The notes: generated by a model not told the origin, from the letters alone. A DNA stretch of 64,000 nt from Octopus vulgaris (GCA_951406725.2 OX597820.1:115010001-115074000); one strand, 5' to 3'. Positions 13,181 to 28,139 are shown, counted from the stretch's first letter. Made by a program: numbers and translations.

Positions 13181-14051
13181 AAAACCATAACAGAATTGAG
13201 ATGGTTGACTGGTTAAAGAATTGAATTAACTACTCGTGACACAGAAGTTGAAATCTGCTACTATCACTTTAGTGTTTCTAGGCCAAAACTGTAATAGTGG
13301 GGTAAAAATGATTTTTTTTAAAATACCCATATTCTAAAAGACATGTAACTTAGTTTTCACTTTCCAGCTTCCCTAACTTACCGGAGCAAGGGATGCTAAG
13401 TGAGTAACTAATGGTAAATGGATATGAAGGCAATAATGGAAGGCTTGGAGGAGAGGTAAGTGTATTCTAAGGCTGGAAAGAAATGAAGAGAGCATGTTTC
13501 AATGAATGTTTATGTAGTGTTATAGTGAATGAGCAAAGTACAAATGACCTAAAAAAGAACCAATTTATATTACTGTTGTGTAGATGAGATAAATGCAACA
13601 AAAGGACAAGAGAAGTAAGTATGCATGGGATCACAAAGACATCTTTATTGAGTTACTGGAGCAAGGAAAGCTGGGTGGTAGTCAACGGTAAATAACGATA
13701 TAAGTAGAAATGGAATATTTCAAGGTGAGGCAAATGTAAAAGGTCACAAACCAATGTTTCAAATAGGGATTTTCATTAAGGAAATTTCTGGAACATTGGT
13801 ATGGTGGAAAAGGTAGCTAAGTCATCGTGAGAGGAAGGGGCAGTGGTTGATAAAATATTCTATGGTGGTTACCAGGCAAGCTTTTAGGCCAGATAATGAA
13901 TATCTGATTTTTTTTTTTTCTTTGCAAGTTAAATTGATTTCCTTATCTCTTCTCTCTCCCTCTCTCTCACCTTCCCTAAACTCTATCATCATATATACAT
14001 ACATCAAAACTGACACACACATTCTCTATAGCAACATGAAGAAAAGTAAAC

Positions 14052-14280
14052 ACCTATTTCTTTACTACCCACAAGGGGCTAAACACAGAGAGGACAATCA
14101 AGGACAGACAAACGGATTAAGTCGATTATATCGACCCCAGTGCATAACTGGTACTTAATTTATTGACCCCGAAAGGCAAAATCGACCTCGGAGGAATTTG
14201 AACTCAGAACGTAATGGCAGACGAAATACGGCTATGCATTTCGCCTGGTGTGCTAACGTTTCTGCCAGCTTGCCGCCTTT
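14052..14280 (-). mobile_element. Meta-domain-like SINE (family C)
   Basis: TSD AGAAAAGTA. Same consensus as the other copies. Confidence 0.8.
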
Positions 14281-14640
14281 AGAAAAGTACATACCATTCT
14301 GAGAATCTGTGTTAGTAGGTGCAATAATATAGCTATACAAACAGCATTTTCTCAGGCATTTCAATCAAGCAACTTCAAAATGTTAATTATATTTTCAAAC
14401 TGAATAAACAGATAGTATCTTACCATCATATAAAACCATACAAGTCTGTGGAGGGCTGGTATCTATTTCATCAAAGTAGGGTGCAGGTGGCTGAATAGTT
14501 AGGAAGCAACTTACAACTACATATTTTGCTAAAGCACACCTATCAACACCTTCTTCTCAACTTGTTTCAAGTTTCCCTCCCCTGTTAAAAATCCCTTACC
14601 TTCTTAAAATTATGTCTAATCCCACTTATATCTTAAAACT

Positions 14641-14800
14641 TACCATGCACCCTTCATTACCCTAGTTTGCACTCCTAACTGCCCCAGTTACCATGCACCC
14701 TCCTTACCTCAACTACCATGCATCCCTAGCTGCTCCAGTTACCATGGACCCCAAATTACCTCAGGTACCATGCACCCCTAACTGGCCCAGCTACTATGGA
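14641..14800. repeat. Degenerate minisatellite of about 26 bp (TACCATGCACCC core)
   Basis: Core starts at 14641, 14689, 14714, 14740, 14766 and 14792. Confidence 0.7.
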
Positions 14801-14826
14801 CATTGAATAATGTTACCCTGTATATA

Positions 14827-15061
14827 TACCTATTTCTTTACTACCCACAAGGGGCTAAACACAGAGAGGACAAAGAAGGACAGACAAATGGATTAAGTCG
14901 ATTATATCAACCCCAGTGCGTAACTGGTACTTAATTTATCGACCCCGAGAGGATTAAAGGCAAAGTCGACCGTGGCAGAATTTGAACTCAGAACGTAACG
15001 GCAGATGAAATACGGCTAAGCATTTCGTCCGGCGTGCTAACGTTTCTGCCAGCTCGCCACC
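14827..15061 (-). mobile_element. Meta-domain-like SINE (family C)
   Basis: Same consensus. TATATACCT flanking duplication. Confidence 0.8.
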
Positions 15062-16194
15062 GTGTCTATATACCTTCATTATTTTAGTGTTCACTTTTCC
15101 ATACTTACATGGGTCATAAACAATTTGCTGATGCAGATATTCTATAGCTAATTACACCAATCCTCACTTATTTCAAAGAAAGTAATAGTTCCCCTAGTTT
15201 ACTGAATAACCTCTAACATGTTTTTACAAAAGACAGCAAACTAATGACACCAACTGTACAAATGGGTGAGGCATTTGTTTACACTCACCATGCACACGTG
15301 TGTAAAACTCAGTTGTGCTCACAAATGCACATATCTATATTTTCCCAATATATATCATTATCATCATCTAACATCCACTTTTCCATACTCGCACAGGGCA
15401 GAAATAATTTGTTGAGGCAGTTTTTGTACAACTGGAGGCCTTTCCTGTCGCCAACTGTCACATATTTCCAGGCAAGGTAATATTTCCCCATGACCAGACG
15501 GGTTTCTTTTTTATAGAAAACCAGAAACTAAGAACATCTCTTGCTCATTTACAACCATCATGTAATGTTAAAACAAGAGTGGGAACACACACACACTGGC
15601 CGTTTTTCAGTTCTCATCAACCAAATCCATTCACAAGACTTTGGTTGGCTCAGACTTATAGTAAAAAACCAATTTCCCAAGGTGTTTATACATATATAGG
15701 TACACATACATGGTTGGGGAACAAAGTGCCTTTAATATGAATATCAATGCTACTGGATTCCATTTCTTTTTTTATTTCTAAGAAGTTGTTTCTTATCAGT
15801 AATTATATATTTTTGGGGAGGATTGGGAGAAATAAAGCCAAGATCTAGTAACTACAACAATATCACACATATTAGGCTCTTCCTACTTCATCACCCCACA
15901 GCCTCTCCCCTACTCCATACCCTTCTCCCTTCAAGTGTCATCTTAAGGCAATGGCGCACTAGGTAGGTGCACAGAGGCCTCGCCCATCTAGGAGCCCAAT
16001 TCTAATCTGTGAATGTTGTGGTTTGCTGTCAATAAATAAATACTATAGGGCTTAGTGCACTGATCTGCCTGAGGCCCAGAATGCTGCTAAGAGGACACTG
16101 CTTCCTCCCCACATCAGCACACAAACTACACACTCCTCCCCGTACAACACCTTACTCTACACTTACCCCACCACTTACATGCTCTTCACCAGAG

Positions 16195-16529
16195 ACCCCA
16201 TTCAGTCATGAATGACCATGGGATTGCACCAAGAAAGTTTCCCTCCAAGGCGCAAGTCTAGGCAAGGTTGTTTTTATGGAAGACCAGCAGTCGCCCATGC
16301 ATACCAGCCCCCCCTCTCCATGCCACTGATGTTACCCAAGGGAAAGGCAAAGGCCGATACAGCTCGGCACCAGTGACGTCACAACTCGTTTCTACAGATG
16401 AGTGAACTGGAGCAACATGAAAATAAAGTGTCTTGCTCAAGATCACAACACAGCCCAGTCTGGGAATCAAACTCACTACCTTATGAATGTGAGCCCCAAT
16501 GCTCTAACCACTGAGCCATGCACCTTCAT
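16195..16529 (-). mobile_element. tRNA-derived V-domain-like SINE (family D)
   Basis: TGGCTCAGTGG head. CTTGAGCAAGACACTTTAT...TTGCTCCAG central domain. Confidence 0.6.
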
Positions 16530-19081
16530 ATGCCCTTCACCACATACATACAATTCCTATTACACCCTATACACACCTGCCACATACAATCCCTGCTACA
16601 CATATACAAACCTCTACACACAAACCAACAAAGAATCTTGCATGTGATAACTCAATTTGTTATAAACAGCAACCAAATCACCTTTCAATCATTCATTGCC
16701 ATCCCAAAAAACACATTCAATAAAGTGGACTCAGATTACACTATATTTGAAAAAGATAAAGACCATGGCTTTGATTATCAGTCTGAAGAAACAAAACTGA
16801 CCAGCGGTTAAACAATGTTACTGACTAGCCTTTGTGGTGCCTCAATTTTCTAGAAATAGCAGTCAAATCTCCCTCATATAACACTCTGGATCTGTAAAAG
16901 GGGGAAGGACACATCAGATAATGTAGTTCTAAATACTTCTAAAGAAAAACAAGATGGTCATGGCTGAAATACTTTGGAGTATGGATCTGCTTGGTTGACT
17001 TGTAGCTAAACACACATACACTAACACACACTCACATTCATGCATACTCACACACAGAAACACACACTCAACCAAACTCACACAGGAAGTGGAGAAAAGG
17101 CAGGAGGGCTTACAATGCTTACTCTGCTTCCTTGTTGGCTGTTTTGTTAATGTTTTCATTAATTGTAGCCCTCATGGCAAATGGAAACTAATACTACTTA
17201 TCATATTTGGGAACAAGATAGTGACTGAATTAACCGATAATTTTGGAAGATGACATTTCCAGAGCAGAAGCCAAATAACAAAACAGAAACCTTACATATG
17301 AAGACTTTAAAATGATGAGGCGGTGGTGGTGGTGGAAGAGGATGGAGTAGAAAGGCAGCAGTGAGAGAGTGAGAGAAAGAGAGAGAGAGAGAAGGGTGGA
17401 AATAACTTCATTTGCAAATGTCAAAAATCCTAGAAGGAAGAGATAATTAACCATTTATCACTGTCATCCTGATTATCATTATAGGAGTGTGGCAAGAAAC
17501 AGCATCAAGTTCTCAAAGCCATTAACACTAGCATCATTATCACCTGGCAGAAAAGTATGTACACTACACAACAATGCTTGTTAGTAAAACCAACAGATAT
17601 CAGGCATAAGGAGTTTGAGACTCAGGCTTTAGTTACATCTAGGACTGAAATCACACTTGGAATCAGTTTTGCTTTTCATCTTTGCACGATTCTTAATCAC
17701 CATCATTCACTTTTCCATATTTGCATGGGTTGGACAGTTTATTGAGACAGATTTTCTATGGCCTGATGCCCTTCTTGTTGCCAGCCTTCACCTGTTTCTA
17801 ATTGAAGTAATATTTCTCAAAAGCCAGACATGTTCTCACAGAATATTAGAAACAAATAGCATTGCTTGTATGGCAGTGTCAATCACTTACAGCTATCACA
17901 TCATGTCAAGAAAAGGAGGTATAAACACACACACACACACACATGATGGGCTTCATTCAGTTTCTATCTAGCAAATGCACACACACACACAAAGATTTGG
18001 TGGGACAATAGTAGAAGACACTTCCCCAAGGAGCCGTGCAATGGGATTGAACCCAAAACTATGTGGTTACCAGAAATATACAGCTTCCCCTATAAACCTA
18101 TGTGGACCTCATGATAATGTCAACAATTCTCCTATGTTAAAAGCCATAAAATATCTATCAAAAAGCTTTACAGTATTTAGTGTTGTTCTTATATAATTGT
18201 GAGTTCAAAATTTGCAGGTGGAGGGAATATAATATCCCCTGCCATCACTGTGGGGTTTAGGAGTACCAGTAATTCATTTGGATTTGTGGGTGCATCACTA
18301 CAAGCAACTATACTCCTTTCCATCAGTAACTGGCATAGTGTTTCAGAGTCAAATGACAGATGGTAGCAGGCTTACTAGAACAATAAACAACATATCTCAC
18401 TGTTCCGAGTTCAAATACCATTGAGGGTATTACTTTTCAATTTTCTGAAAATCAATAAAATTAGTACTAGTGAAGTATTGGAGTCAATCTTATCAACCAC
18501 CCCTCCCCTCAAATGCTTCTGGCCTTGCATATAAGTTAAATACCAGTGTACAACTTGTATGAAAGAAACAGTCAATTGCCTGTATTAATAGTACTAACTT
18601 ATTTTCATACATTTTGCTAATTACTGAGGTCATGATGATTCTATAAACATTCATTCTCTATTAATGTAGTACAGTATGTGTCTGACTAATTCTCTCAATT
18701 TTTTCTTACACATTCTTTGGCTACTAAGAACAAATATGTTGCATGACTCCACCCTTAGACATAATTGATAAAGACAATTGTAACAAAACCAATATTTACT
18801 ATTACCACTGTGTTGTCCACTTGGCTATGTTATGGATAAATTTCAGTTTCCATATAACTGTTGATATGTTTGGCAAATAAGCTTTCAAGAGATTAAGTTC
18901 TGTTTTTAAAGGACTGATACATCACTTCCAAACAGTTTTCATTGTGCAGAAACAAGGAACCAAATAAAAGACATAACAAACAAGCCAAGACATTTCATAA
19001 GATCAATGAAATAGAATTGGGTTAGACATGGGTTGAGGCTATATGATGTCTTCTGAGCAAAATGTCATACAGGGTTATTGT

Positions 19082-19462
19082 GGAGGCGCAATGGCCCAGT
19101 GGTTAGGGCAGCGGACTCGCGGTCGTAGGATCGCGGTTTCGATTCCCAGACCAGGCATTGTGAGTGTTTATTGAGCGAAAACACCTAAAGCTTCACGAGG
19201 TTCCTGCAGGGGGTGGTGGTGAACTCTGCTATACTCTTTCACCACAAACTTTCTCTCACTCTTTCTTCCTGTTTCTGTTGTACCTGTATTTCAAAGGGCC
19301 AGCCTTGTCACACTCTGTGTCACGCTGAATCTCCTCGAGAACTACGTTAAGGGTACACGTGTCTGTGGAGTGCTCAGCCACTTGCACGTTAATTCCACGA
19401 GCAAGCTGTTCCGTTGATCGTATCAGCTGGGACCCTCATCGTCGTAACCGACGGAGTGCTCC
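19082..19462 (+). mobile_element. tRNA-derived SINE (family B, tail type 2)
   Basis: Same head as the 8095 copy. Imperfect TSD TACAG(G/T)GTTATT. Confidence 0.8.
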
Positions 19463-19464
19463 TA

Positions 19465-19748
19465 CAGTGTTATTACAATGCTATTACCGGTGGCAAGTTC
19501 GAATTCATAAACAAGCCATTCATTGTGTTTTGTCATGGAGAAAATTGCTTGCTGTAGACAAATGGTGTAAATGCACCTAAATTGGTGCTGCTGTGAGCTG
19601 ATAAGAGAGACAATCTCTCTTATGCTGATTTAGGTGCATTTACACAATTTGTATACAGCAAGAGATTTTCTCTATGACAAAACACAATGAATGGCTTGTT
19701 TATGAATTCGAACTTGCCACTGGCATCTTGCAACTGGTAATAACACTG
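19465..19748. mobile_element. Palindromic Tc1/mariner-type MITE
   Basis: TA flanks, CAGTGTTATTAC TIRs, internal inverted arms of about 95 bp. Confidence 0.75.
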
Positions 19749-20862
19749 TATTTAGACACATCACTGCTTAGTGCTCCCACCTCATAAGTTATCATTTATG
19801 TCTATATTCTGAGTTCAAATCTCACAAAAGTCAATTTCACCTTTCATCCATCCAGAAACAATAAAATGAGTACCAGGAAAGTTTATGAGGTTCAATACGT
19901 TCAACTACAGACCTCTCCCTCAATTTATGACCTTGAGCTCACATTAGAAAATCATTACTGACTTAGTTTTACATTGTTATTTACTGGTCAGTCAGTAAGC
20001 GCCAGCAATATACGAGGGTCAATTTAATCCAGTGTGACCATCTTCTACAACTACATAGTCTTGGTGCAGTTCCTTACTGATAGAAGTAGATGTTCTGTTG
20101 GAGCAATGAAAACCAGCAGTTGTAGTTTAACACCAGATCCGCCCTATTATCAAATTCAATACAGCCATGACCACTCAATACTTCTCTTGGGTATTGTGTG
20201 TCTAGCACTACAGTATCCATGATGTCCTTCCCGTTCCTACATAGCAACATGTAATTTGAGAAAGACTTCAATGAGTGTAATTTGAAGGAGATGTGGTTGA
20301 GTGACTGCATGCAGGGTCCCTTGAGTTAATGATGATGCTTCAGTGAAGACGGCGTTGTAGTAGTATTGGATTAGCACTTTATCAGCCCTAAAGGGATGAA
20401 AGGAATAGTTGGCCCCAATGGGATTTAAACTAAGAGTGCAGGGAGGCAGGGCTAACACCACAAGGCATGCTAACAAACTTTTTAACAACTCTGCCATTTC
20501 ACTGCCTTACTCCGTAAGCTTGGGCTAATATGAGAAATCAACATTATTGATTTCTTTTTACTTGGAGCAAAACCTCTCCATCATCCTAGTTTCCATTACC
20601 AGAAAGGAATACAGTCAATTGAATTGACTAAACAATTTTTCTTCTTCAAAATCCTCCTCCCTAAGAAAGACTTATTTCTGGAATTTCCCCTCCCCTACCT
20701 TAACCAGTGATCTTCAAAAATTATTCTCAATGCACATTATCTATGTTCCAGTCAAGGAAGGCTTCACTCTTCCTACTGGGACTAATTTTATTTTGTTCTT
20801 TTACTTTATTCTATTATAAGCCAACACGGGAATTCTAATACCCACCCAACACTTTATTTTAC

Positions 20863-20916
<54 letters not shown>

Positions 20917-23900
20917 TTTATTTTTCCAAAACTGATACAAACCAAGATGTTTCCAAATAGTGATAATGGGAAACAGTAAGACCAGAAATTGAAGAACAAA
21001 TTAGAAATTGAAAATAATAAAAAAAAATTTTAATTAGGGTTTTTTTTTAAAATTTTCTATGTCTGAATCATAAATTGTTAATCTGATTCCCACTTTTCAA
21101 TTTTGGTTTTAAGAAATCATGTTTTCCTTATAAGAATTTAGAAACCTCAAGAGAATCAAAGTAAATTATGTATTTACAGTGAAACTCAAAGTAGATAAAG
21201 TTATAAATAATAGCATGTAGAATATTGAGTTTAAAAAAAACACACGGATGGAAAAAAGTTGAAAGCTGTCTATGAGACTCGAAACCACATCTGTGAACAT
21301 TACAGATGTATTAAGCATTATACCAAAGCAACACTTCAAATTTTCTCCGTTTTAGAAGCTTTTTTCATACTGGCAAGAATTGTAGGATGTTTACATGATA
21401 ACAACAAATAGAAACACTGTCCTCTAGGCAGTGTACATCATGCAACTAAGTAGCCAAAGGTGATCTCAAGATGCTGAACGTCAAAGGACCAAGATGATGC
21501 ACAATTTGCTGAGTTCAAGAGGACCTGTCCATCACAGCAAAAAAATGTCCTAAAAGCATTCTGTTTATGCTTATAACCCCTTCTGCCATGTCAAGTATTT
21601 CCCACATCTCATTCCCCTAACATTCAGCCCTCCATCATCCCGCTATCTATGGCAGCTTTAATCACTTGAAGGCAGAATCGACACATATTACTCCCTCATA
21701 TTGATGTTTTCCATCAACAGCAGCACCAACACCACCACTATTTCTCCTCAACTCACTAACCACCTATTACTCCCCACTCACACTCTTCTGAAATAACCCT
21801 CACCCACTGATCCACTGCCTGCATTTTCTTATGCTTACCTTCTTGTACTTTGAGAGTTTGCTCCAGCACCCCATCACCACCATTTTTATCATCTTCCCAG
21901 CTACTCCCATGGGGTAGCCATGTATTTCCTCTATAGTAAGTTACTGTTTCTTATTCCTCTATCATACTTTAGCCCTTCAACACTTGGCACAAAGCCACCT
22001 CCTTCTCTTAAACACTTCCCCCACCTAGCTGTAGGGGCTTTATCTTTTTTCCCTGTTCTTCTACTGTCTTGCCAAGTTGCATGGCAACCTCACTAATACT
22101 GGTGGCATGAAAAAAGTAGCAAGTACTCACTGTGAAGTGACTGGCATTAGGAAGGACATCTAGTCATGGAAACTATACAAAAAGCTGACCCTGGGGCTCA
22201 GTGCAGCCCAGCAGCTTGCTGGATCCTGTCAGACAGTCCAAGCATGGGTTGCACTGATGTCAATGATAATGATAATGTTGATGACAATGATGACAAACAG
22301 AACCCTTAAACTCAACTAATATAGCCATTATTGTAGACAACTATATTAACAAGAAGCTAAAATACTCGAGAAATTTTAAAATATATAAAAGCCTTATAAC
22401 ACATGTGTGTGCATGCATGATCCTGAACGTATGAGTATAAATTTGTACACATACTTGTATGCACACAATGGCATGAATATGTATGTTTATTTGTATTCAT
22501 ATGTGTATGTAGATATATGTGTATAAGCAAATAATCATGACTACATTGTGTAAAATATGTGTAGTCATAGTCACACAGTCATGTTTATCTTACAAAACTT
22601 GAATGCATGTGTATACACATAAGAAATAATCTTCACTACATACACACAAGCTAATTTTCAATTGTAACAGTCACTTCTGGAGCAATAGTTTATAAATGTC
22701 AGTTAAAACCTACAGTTGTCTATCTTGTAATGTTTCACATAATGCATTTGCCTTCAAAGCACATTAATGCACCACGTGCGCATATCTGTGAAAGTGTGCA
22801 GCCATGGGTAAATGGTTAAGTTCACTTCTTAATTATCAGGTTATGGGTTTGAATCCACTGCATTGCACCTTAGACAAGTATCTTCATCGAGATCTTGGAT
22901 CAACCCAAGCATTGTAAATAAAGTTGAATGGATACGTGTTGCTGTGATATACTCAGCCGCTTGCATAATACAAGTCGCTGGTTCCACTGATCAGACAACT
23001 GGAACATGAAGCAAAACTGATGGGCACTATTAAATATACAACAATATACACAATTATTACTCTTTACTCTTTTACTTGTTTCAGTCATTTGACTGTGGCC
23101 ATGCTGGAGCACCGCCTTTAGTCGAGCAAATCGACCCCAGGACTTATTCTTCGTAAGCCTAGTACTTATTCTTTTGCCGAACTGCTAAGTTACGGGGACG
23201 TAGACACACCAGCATCGGTTGTCAAGTGATGTTGGGGGGACAAACACAGACACACAAACATATACACACACATATATATACATATATATGACGGGCTTCT
23301 TTCATATTGTATATTTATATACACAAACGTGTGTATATACTCACAGTTCCTATTATTTATACACACTAATATATGTGTATACACTTCATATGTATACACA
23401 CAAATGTGTACAAACTTTTATTAATTTACACACACTAATATAGACACATACACATTTATACACACAAAATTAGGTGAAAACTCTTCTTATTCATTTATGC
23501 ACACATTAGTCTTAGCATCTATTTCTTTTATCCCTTTTTTATTAGCTTGATCCACAAGAAGAGGGAGTACCCATGGCCTCCCTTCAAAATCAGGAAGATT
23601 TGTGCCATAAACACTTTACTTACTCAGTTGCATGTTGACAACTATACAGGAAAGAAATCCAAACTGGACATGGCCTGATGAGTGGACATGACATGAATGA
23701 GAAAACAGACAAGTGAAACATGAGTGACTGAGTGGAGGTGGCATGAAACCAGTTTCACAAGGACTTCCATGAGAGCAGGGTTTGTTGTAGAAGAAAACCC
23801 CCAGAAAAAGCACACATGCCCTTTCACTCCACCTGACCAAAGTTTAGATCATGTCTATGAACGACTTTATTCCTGTCAATCAAATGGCTTTTCTCTGAAG

Positions 23901-23949
23901 TTTAGGATGCTTGTGTGCATATGTTGCATATGGATGATACATAGTTGCA

Positions 23950-25560
23950 AAGCTGTGTAAGAATGGTTACTGTTGGAAGTGATGCCAAGAAAGTCATTGA
24001 CACACAAGAGGATGAATGTAATGGGGACAAAACTGAACATTGGGGCACACCAGAATTGATAAAGTGTAGGTCAGACAGAGCTCATCAGCACAGGTTGTAA
24101 TAGTGTGATCTGAGGAAGCTACCAATCCAAAAGATTCAAGACAGATGAAGGACATAGGTGGGCAGTTTTGAGAGTAGAACTGTGTGCTGGACACAGTTTA
24201 AGGCTTTGCTAATATGAAGGACAATGACACTAGTTTCATCAAATTTTCCAAGGGAGAGAGCCCCACTGATGTGTGATATAGGAGAATAGTCTCCAGCAGC
24301 TCTGGTTATATGAAAGCCATACTTGTAGAGACTAAGGTGGGGGAGATATTCAAAGGTATCAGAGAATGTTGGTAGTGGCTTGCTCTTCTTGGAAATAATG
24401 AAGAGTTTTGCAAGTATAGGGGCTAACTCTAGGACATACAGTGTTAGGATCAATGTACTTGTTAGTTTGAAGTAACTTCAATACTTAATGCTTATGTATG
24501 ATGGTGAACCTAGTAAAGTGAAAAAATAGGAATTTGGAGGAGATTTATGAGGTAGATGCAATGTAAAGTTGAATGCAAAGTGAGCAGCAAAGATGACTTT
24601 TACTGCAGGAAGCTATTCACAGAAAGACCGTGGTCAAGCAGAGGCTGAAAGGAGAATTGAGCAAAATTGGTGGAGATCCTTTTTTTTTTTATGGAAACCT
24701 GCCAAAAGTTAGTGAGAAAATCAGGCAAAGACGAATGCAATTATCTGGTCACTGTGTGCACCACCCTCATGTGGAAGCATCCAAATTAGTCTTGTGGAAC
24801 CCACTTCATGGTGATGTAAGAATAGGAAAACATCATCACACTTACTTAGACAACTTGATTGCAGACACTGGCCTGGAATGTATCCAGGACTTTGAGGCAG
24901 TGATGACGATGGGCTAAGAAGTGTGGCGGGTGGACTTTGTTGCTGTGACTCTGGTTGGAACTTGGCCATAATAATGATGATAAGAGACCAAAAGAATTGA
25001 CTGTAGTTTAAGAGAAAGGAGAGTTTGAGGGTTGTGCAATGCATAGAGATATTGTTCATGGTTTGGTGATCATCTTGCAAGAGATGTGGTACTGGGTCAA
25101 TGCTGCTCAGTTTGAAGGATTGGGATCAGTGGGGGTGCAGGCCCTCTTTTTTAGCCTAAATTGTTGCAACACAGTTACAAGTGAGCCACTGTGAGTACTT
25201 CAGGCAATGAATGAGGGGTGTGGAGGAACAAGTCTAACAGGATGGTTTCATTCATCTGCCAAGCTGTTTCTGATGGATCAGGGATGAAGTTCAAATGCTG
25301 CTGACAGTGATAATTAGCATACAACTTGTTAGGGACTCTGACTAGTCAACTGACTTGAAGTACCTACCATAAGGGCCCAAGGATGAGGACAGACATTGTG
25401 TAACCTGTAGATACATATTGGGGAGTAACAATAAGGCAGTGGTCAGACAACCCATCGGTGCAAGATAGTTATGACCTGATAGTGGTAGTGGGTTTGGAGG
25501 TGAGTAAGAGATTAAGGATGTTTAGACACAGAATATACGTCAACAAGAACAATGGCTGAG
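23950..25560 (-). mobile_element. Highly degenerate LINE remnant with a nested plus-strand RTE-like fragment (~24690-24920)
   Basis: ELAPILAKLF and LHISKALN RT-like pieces. Nested YGNLPKVSEKIRQRRMQLSGHC. Confidence 0.5.
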
Positions 25561-26227
25561 AAGTTACTGTATTGGATCATTGAATTCAGATATTCCTACA
25601 AGCTTTGTGCTTTACCTCTGTGAAAAGATAACATTTTGTAACTTCAATTTGTGAAGCTTACAAGTTCCACTGTAACATCACAGTTGAGTGGTCAACAGTT
25701 GAAATGGTGCTCAGTGTTAAAAACTTACCTAAATATCTAAAACTCAGAGAAACTCTTAAAATCTGGTATTTACTTGTAGATTTATGCAAATAGGTTACAG
25801 CTTATCGTTTACTTAGTAGTATGGAAACTGTATATTCTGTCCAGGAGATTATCTTACAAAAATGAGACAGAATTTCTTTTCAGATAGAGCAAACAGTTTC
25901 ATATTACTAAACAGATGAGAGATACTCACCTGCAAAGGATTTATAATTTCAATGCTACTAGATAGAGGTGAGATTCTTTCGTCTGGGACAGAATTCCATA
26001 CAAAATCTGGTTCCTGTCTCTCAGGTATGTAGAATTTAGTGTTTAATTCTTTTAGTACCAAACCACCTAAGACTGACCTTAGTTCAATGAAAAATGCTCC
26101 GTTTTAAAGCAAAGCCTTATATCAAAATTTATGTTCCAAACATCAACTTAATAATGACAAAGAACAAATACCAACACACATCAGATCACTACAAGCTGTA
26201 AACAGGTGCTCTACTAATTGTCAATGT

Positions 26228-27600
26228 TATCATCATCATCACTACCATCCCTATTTCCATGCTGGCATGGGTTGGATGGTTTAACAAGAACCAACAAGCC
26301 AGAGAGCTCTGCCAGGTTCTATGTCTGCCTTGGCATGGTTTCTACAGCTGAATGGCCTTCCTAACACCAACTATTTAACAGAATGTACTGGCTGCTTTTT
26401 GTGTGGCACCAGCACTAGTGAGGTCACCAAGGACCCACAAGATAAGACTCCTCAATTGAGTGGGGTACAGACTGGAGAAAGAAACTATGACAGATAGAAA
26501 GGGATAGGTGTCTTCTTGAAGAGGTGAATACATAGCTTGCACACCTGGAAAGTGAAAAACAGAAAGGCAGAGGAAGAAAGAGATGTGAGGTCCAGGTGAG
26601 ACAGAATGGGATGTGCTTCGAGTGAAAATAATGTGACAGATGATTAGAGACATGAGTTGGACGTAGAGGATATCAGTTCAGCAGAGGGGAAAGTGAAGGA
26701 AATAAACAATGAGTTGTGGAGGAAGGCTCGACAGAGCTTAAATTTTGCTGAGATCAACAGGTCTTCTCAAGCACAGCATACTGCCTTTCATCTCAGTTCC
26801 TTATCATCTCCTCTAAGAGGTTCAACATTGTGAGATCAGTCTTTACCACTTTCTCCCACACCTTCCTAGGTCAACCTCTTCCACATTTAGTGATCAGCAC
26901 TTCTTTATACAGCTGTCTTCATCCACCTGCATCACATGACCATCTCTCCTGCATGCCACATCTGATGCTTCTTATGCCTATCACATGGTATTTTTACTTA
27001 CACCCTGTCTACATATGGAAAAGGGTTATTCATCAGAAGGGATTAGTGTTCTGTTTGATCTCCGGCTAATTAGAACTTTAATCTTTTCTATGTTAACCTT
27101 AAGACCCTCTGATTCCAGGTTTTGTTTCCATATTTGGAATTTTAAATCTAATTTTTCTACACTTTCATCTATAAGGTCATCGGCATAGAAGAGCTTCCGT
27201 GAGCAAGGGGTCTTAAATTCCTTCATTGAATCCAGATGAACACCTACCTGCACACTAAATTCACTTCTGTACTCATTGTCAACTCTCACTAACCATTCAT
27301 CTACTCCGAGCTTTCACAGTGACCACCAGATGAGGGATCAAGACACTCTGCCAAAGGTTTTCTCCAGGTCAACAAATGCCAGGTAAGTACTTCTATAATT
27401 ACCAAACTACAAAGTGAGCATCAGTAGAGCTTCTCTCTGGCATGAAACCAAACTGCATCTCATCTAGATTAACTTGTTTCTTATTAATTGGGTTATGACA
27501 CTTTCAGTGACATTCATAACCCTAGTCCAGTAATTTGATACCTGTATAATTACTTCTTTTTAAAGCATCTCCTTTACTTTTGTAACAGTTGACTATGATG
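26228..27600 (-). mobile_element. Older RTE LINE fragment (RT and 3' end)
   Basis: QVGVH and LFYADDL motifs, upstream QFGF, (GAT)n tail. Confidence 0.75.
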
Positions 27601-28093
27601 AAGCTACACTAATCATTGAAAGAAAATTAGTGAAAATGAAAGATTATTTGGAAATATGAAGGTCACAATTTGTTGTTATTGGAACAATCTCCATAAACAA
27701 ACTGGTACACCTACAACATCCCTAAACAAAACAGCACAGCTACAATACCCTATAACACCAAGTTAAGAACACCATCTATCCCACTCAGCTCAGAGAAACA
27801 TAAAACGTCATATAGACAATGGCAGCAATATCAATAATATCTATTTCTTTACTACCCACAAGGGGCTAAACACAGAGGAGACAAACAAGGGCAGACAGAC
27901 AGTTTAAGTCGATTATATCGACCCCAGTGCGTAACTGGTACTTAATTTAGCTATGAGGTTATGAAGTTTGCTTTTGAACCACATGGTTTCAGGTTCAGTC
28001 TCAGTGCATAGCATCTTGAGGAAGTATCCTCTATAGCCCCAGGTCAACCAAAGCCTTGACAGTAGATTTAATAGACAGAAACTGAAAAGATCC

Positions 28094-28139
<46 letters not shown>

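Noticed and set aside
19082-19155. tRNA gene
   Set aside because: It is the tRNA-like head of a multi-copy SINE and continues into a SINE body.
25849-26061. Extra TXNDC15 exon ending at the strong donor CAG|GTGAGT (25930)
   Set aside because: Exons 2 and 3 already join seamlessly, and the required phase-2 frame contains a TAA.
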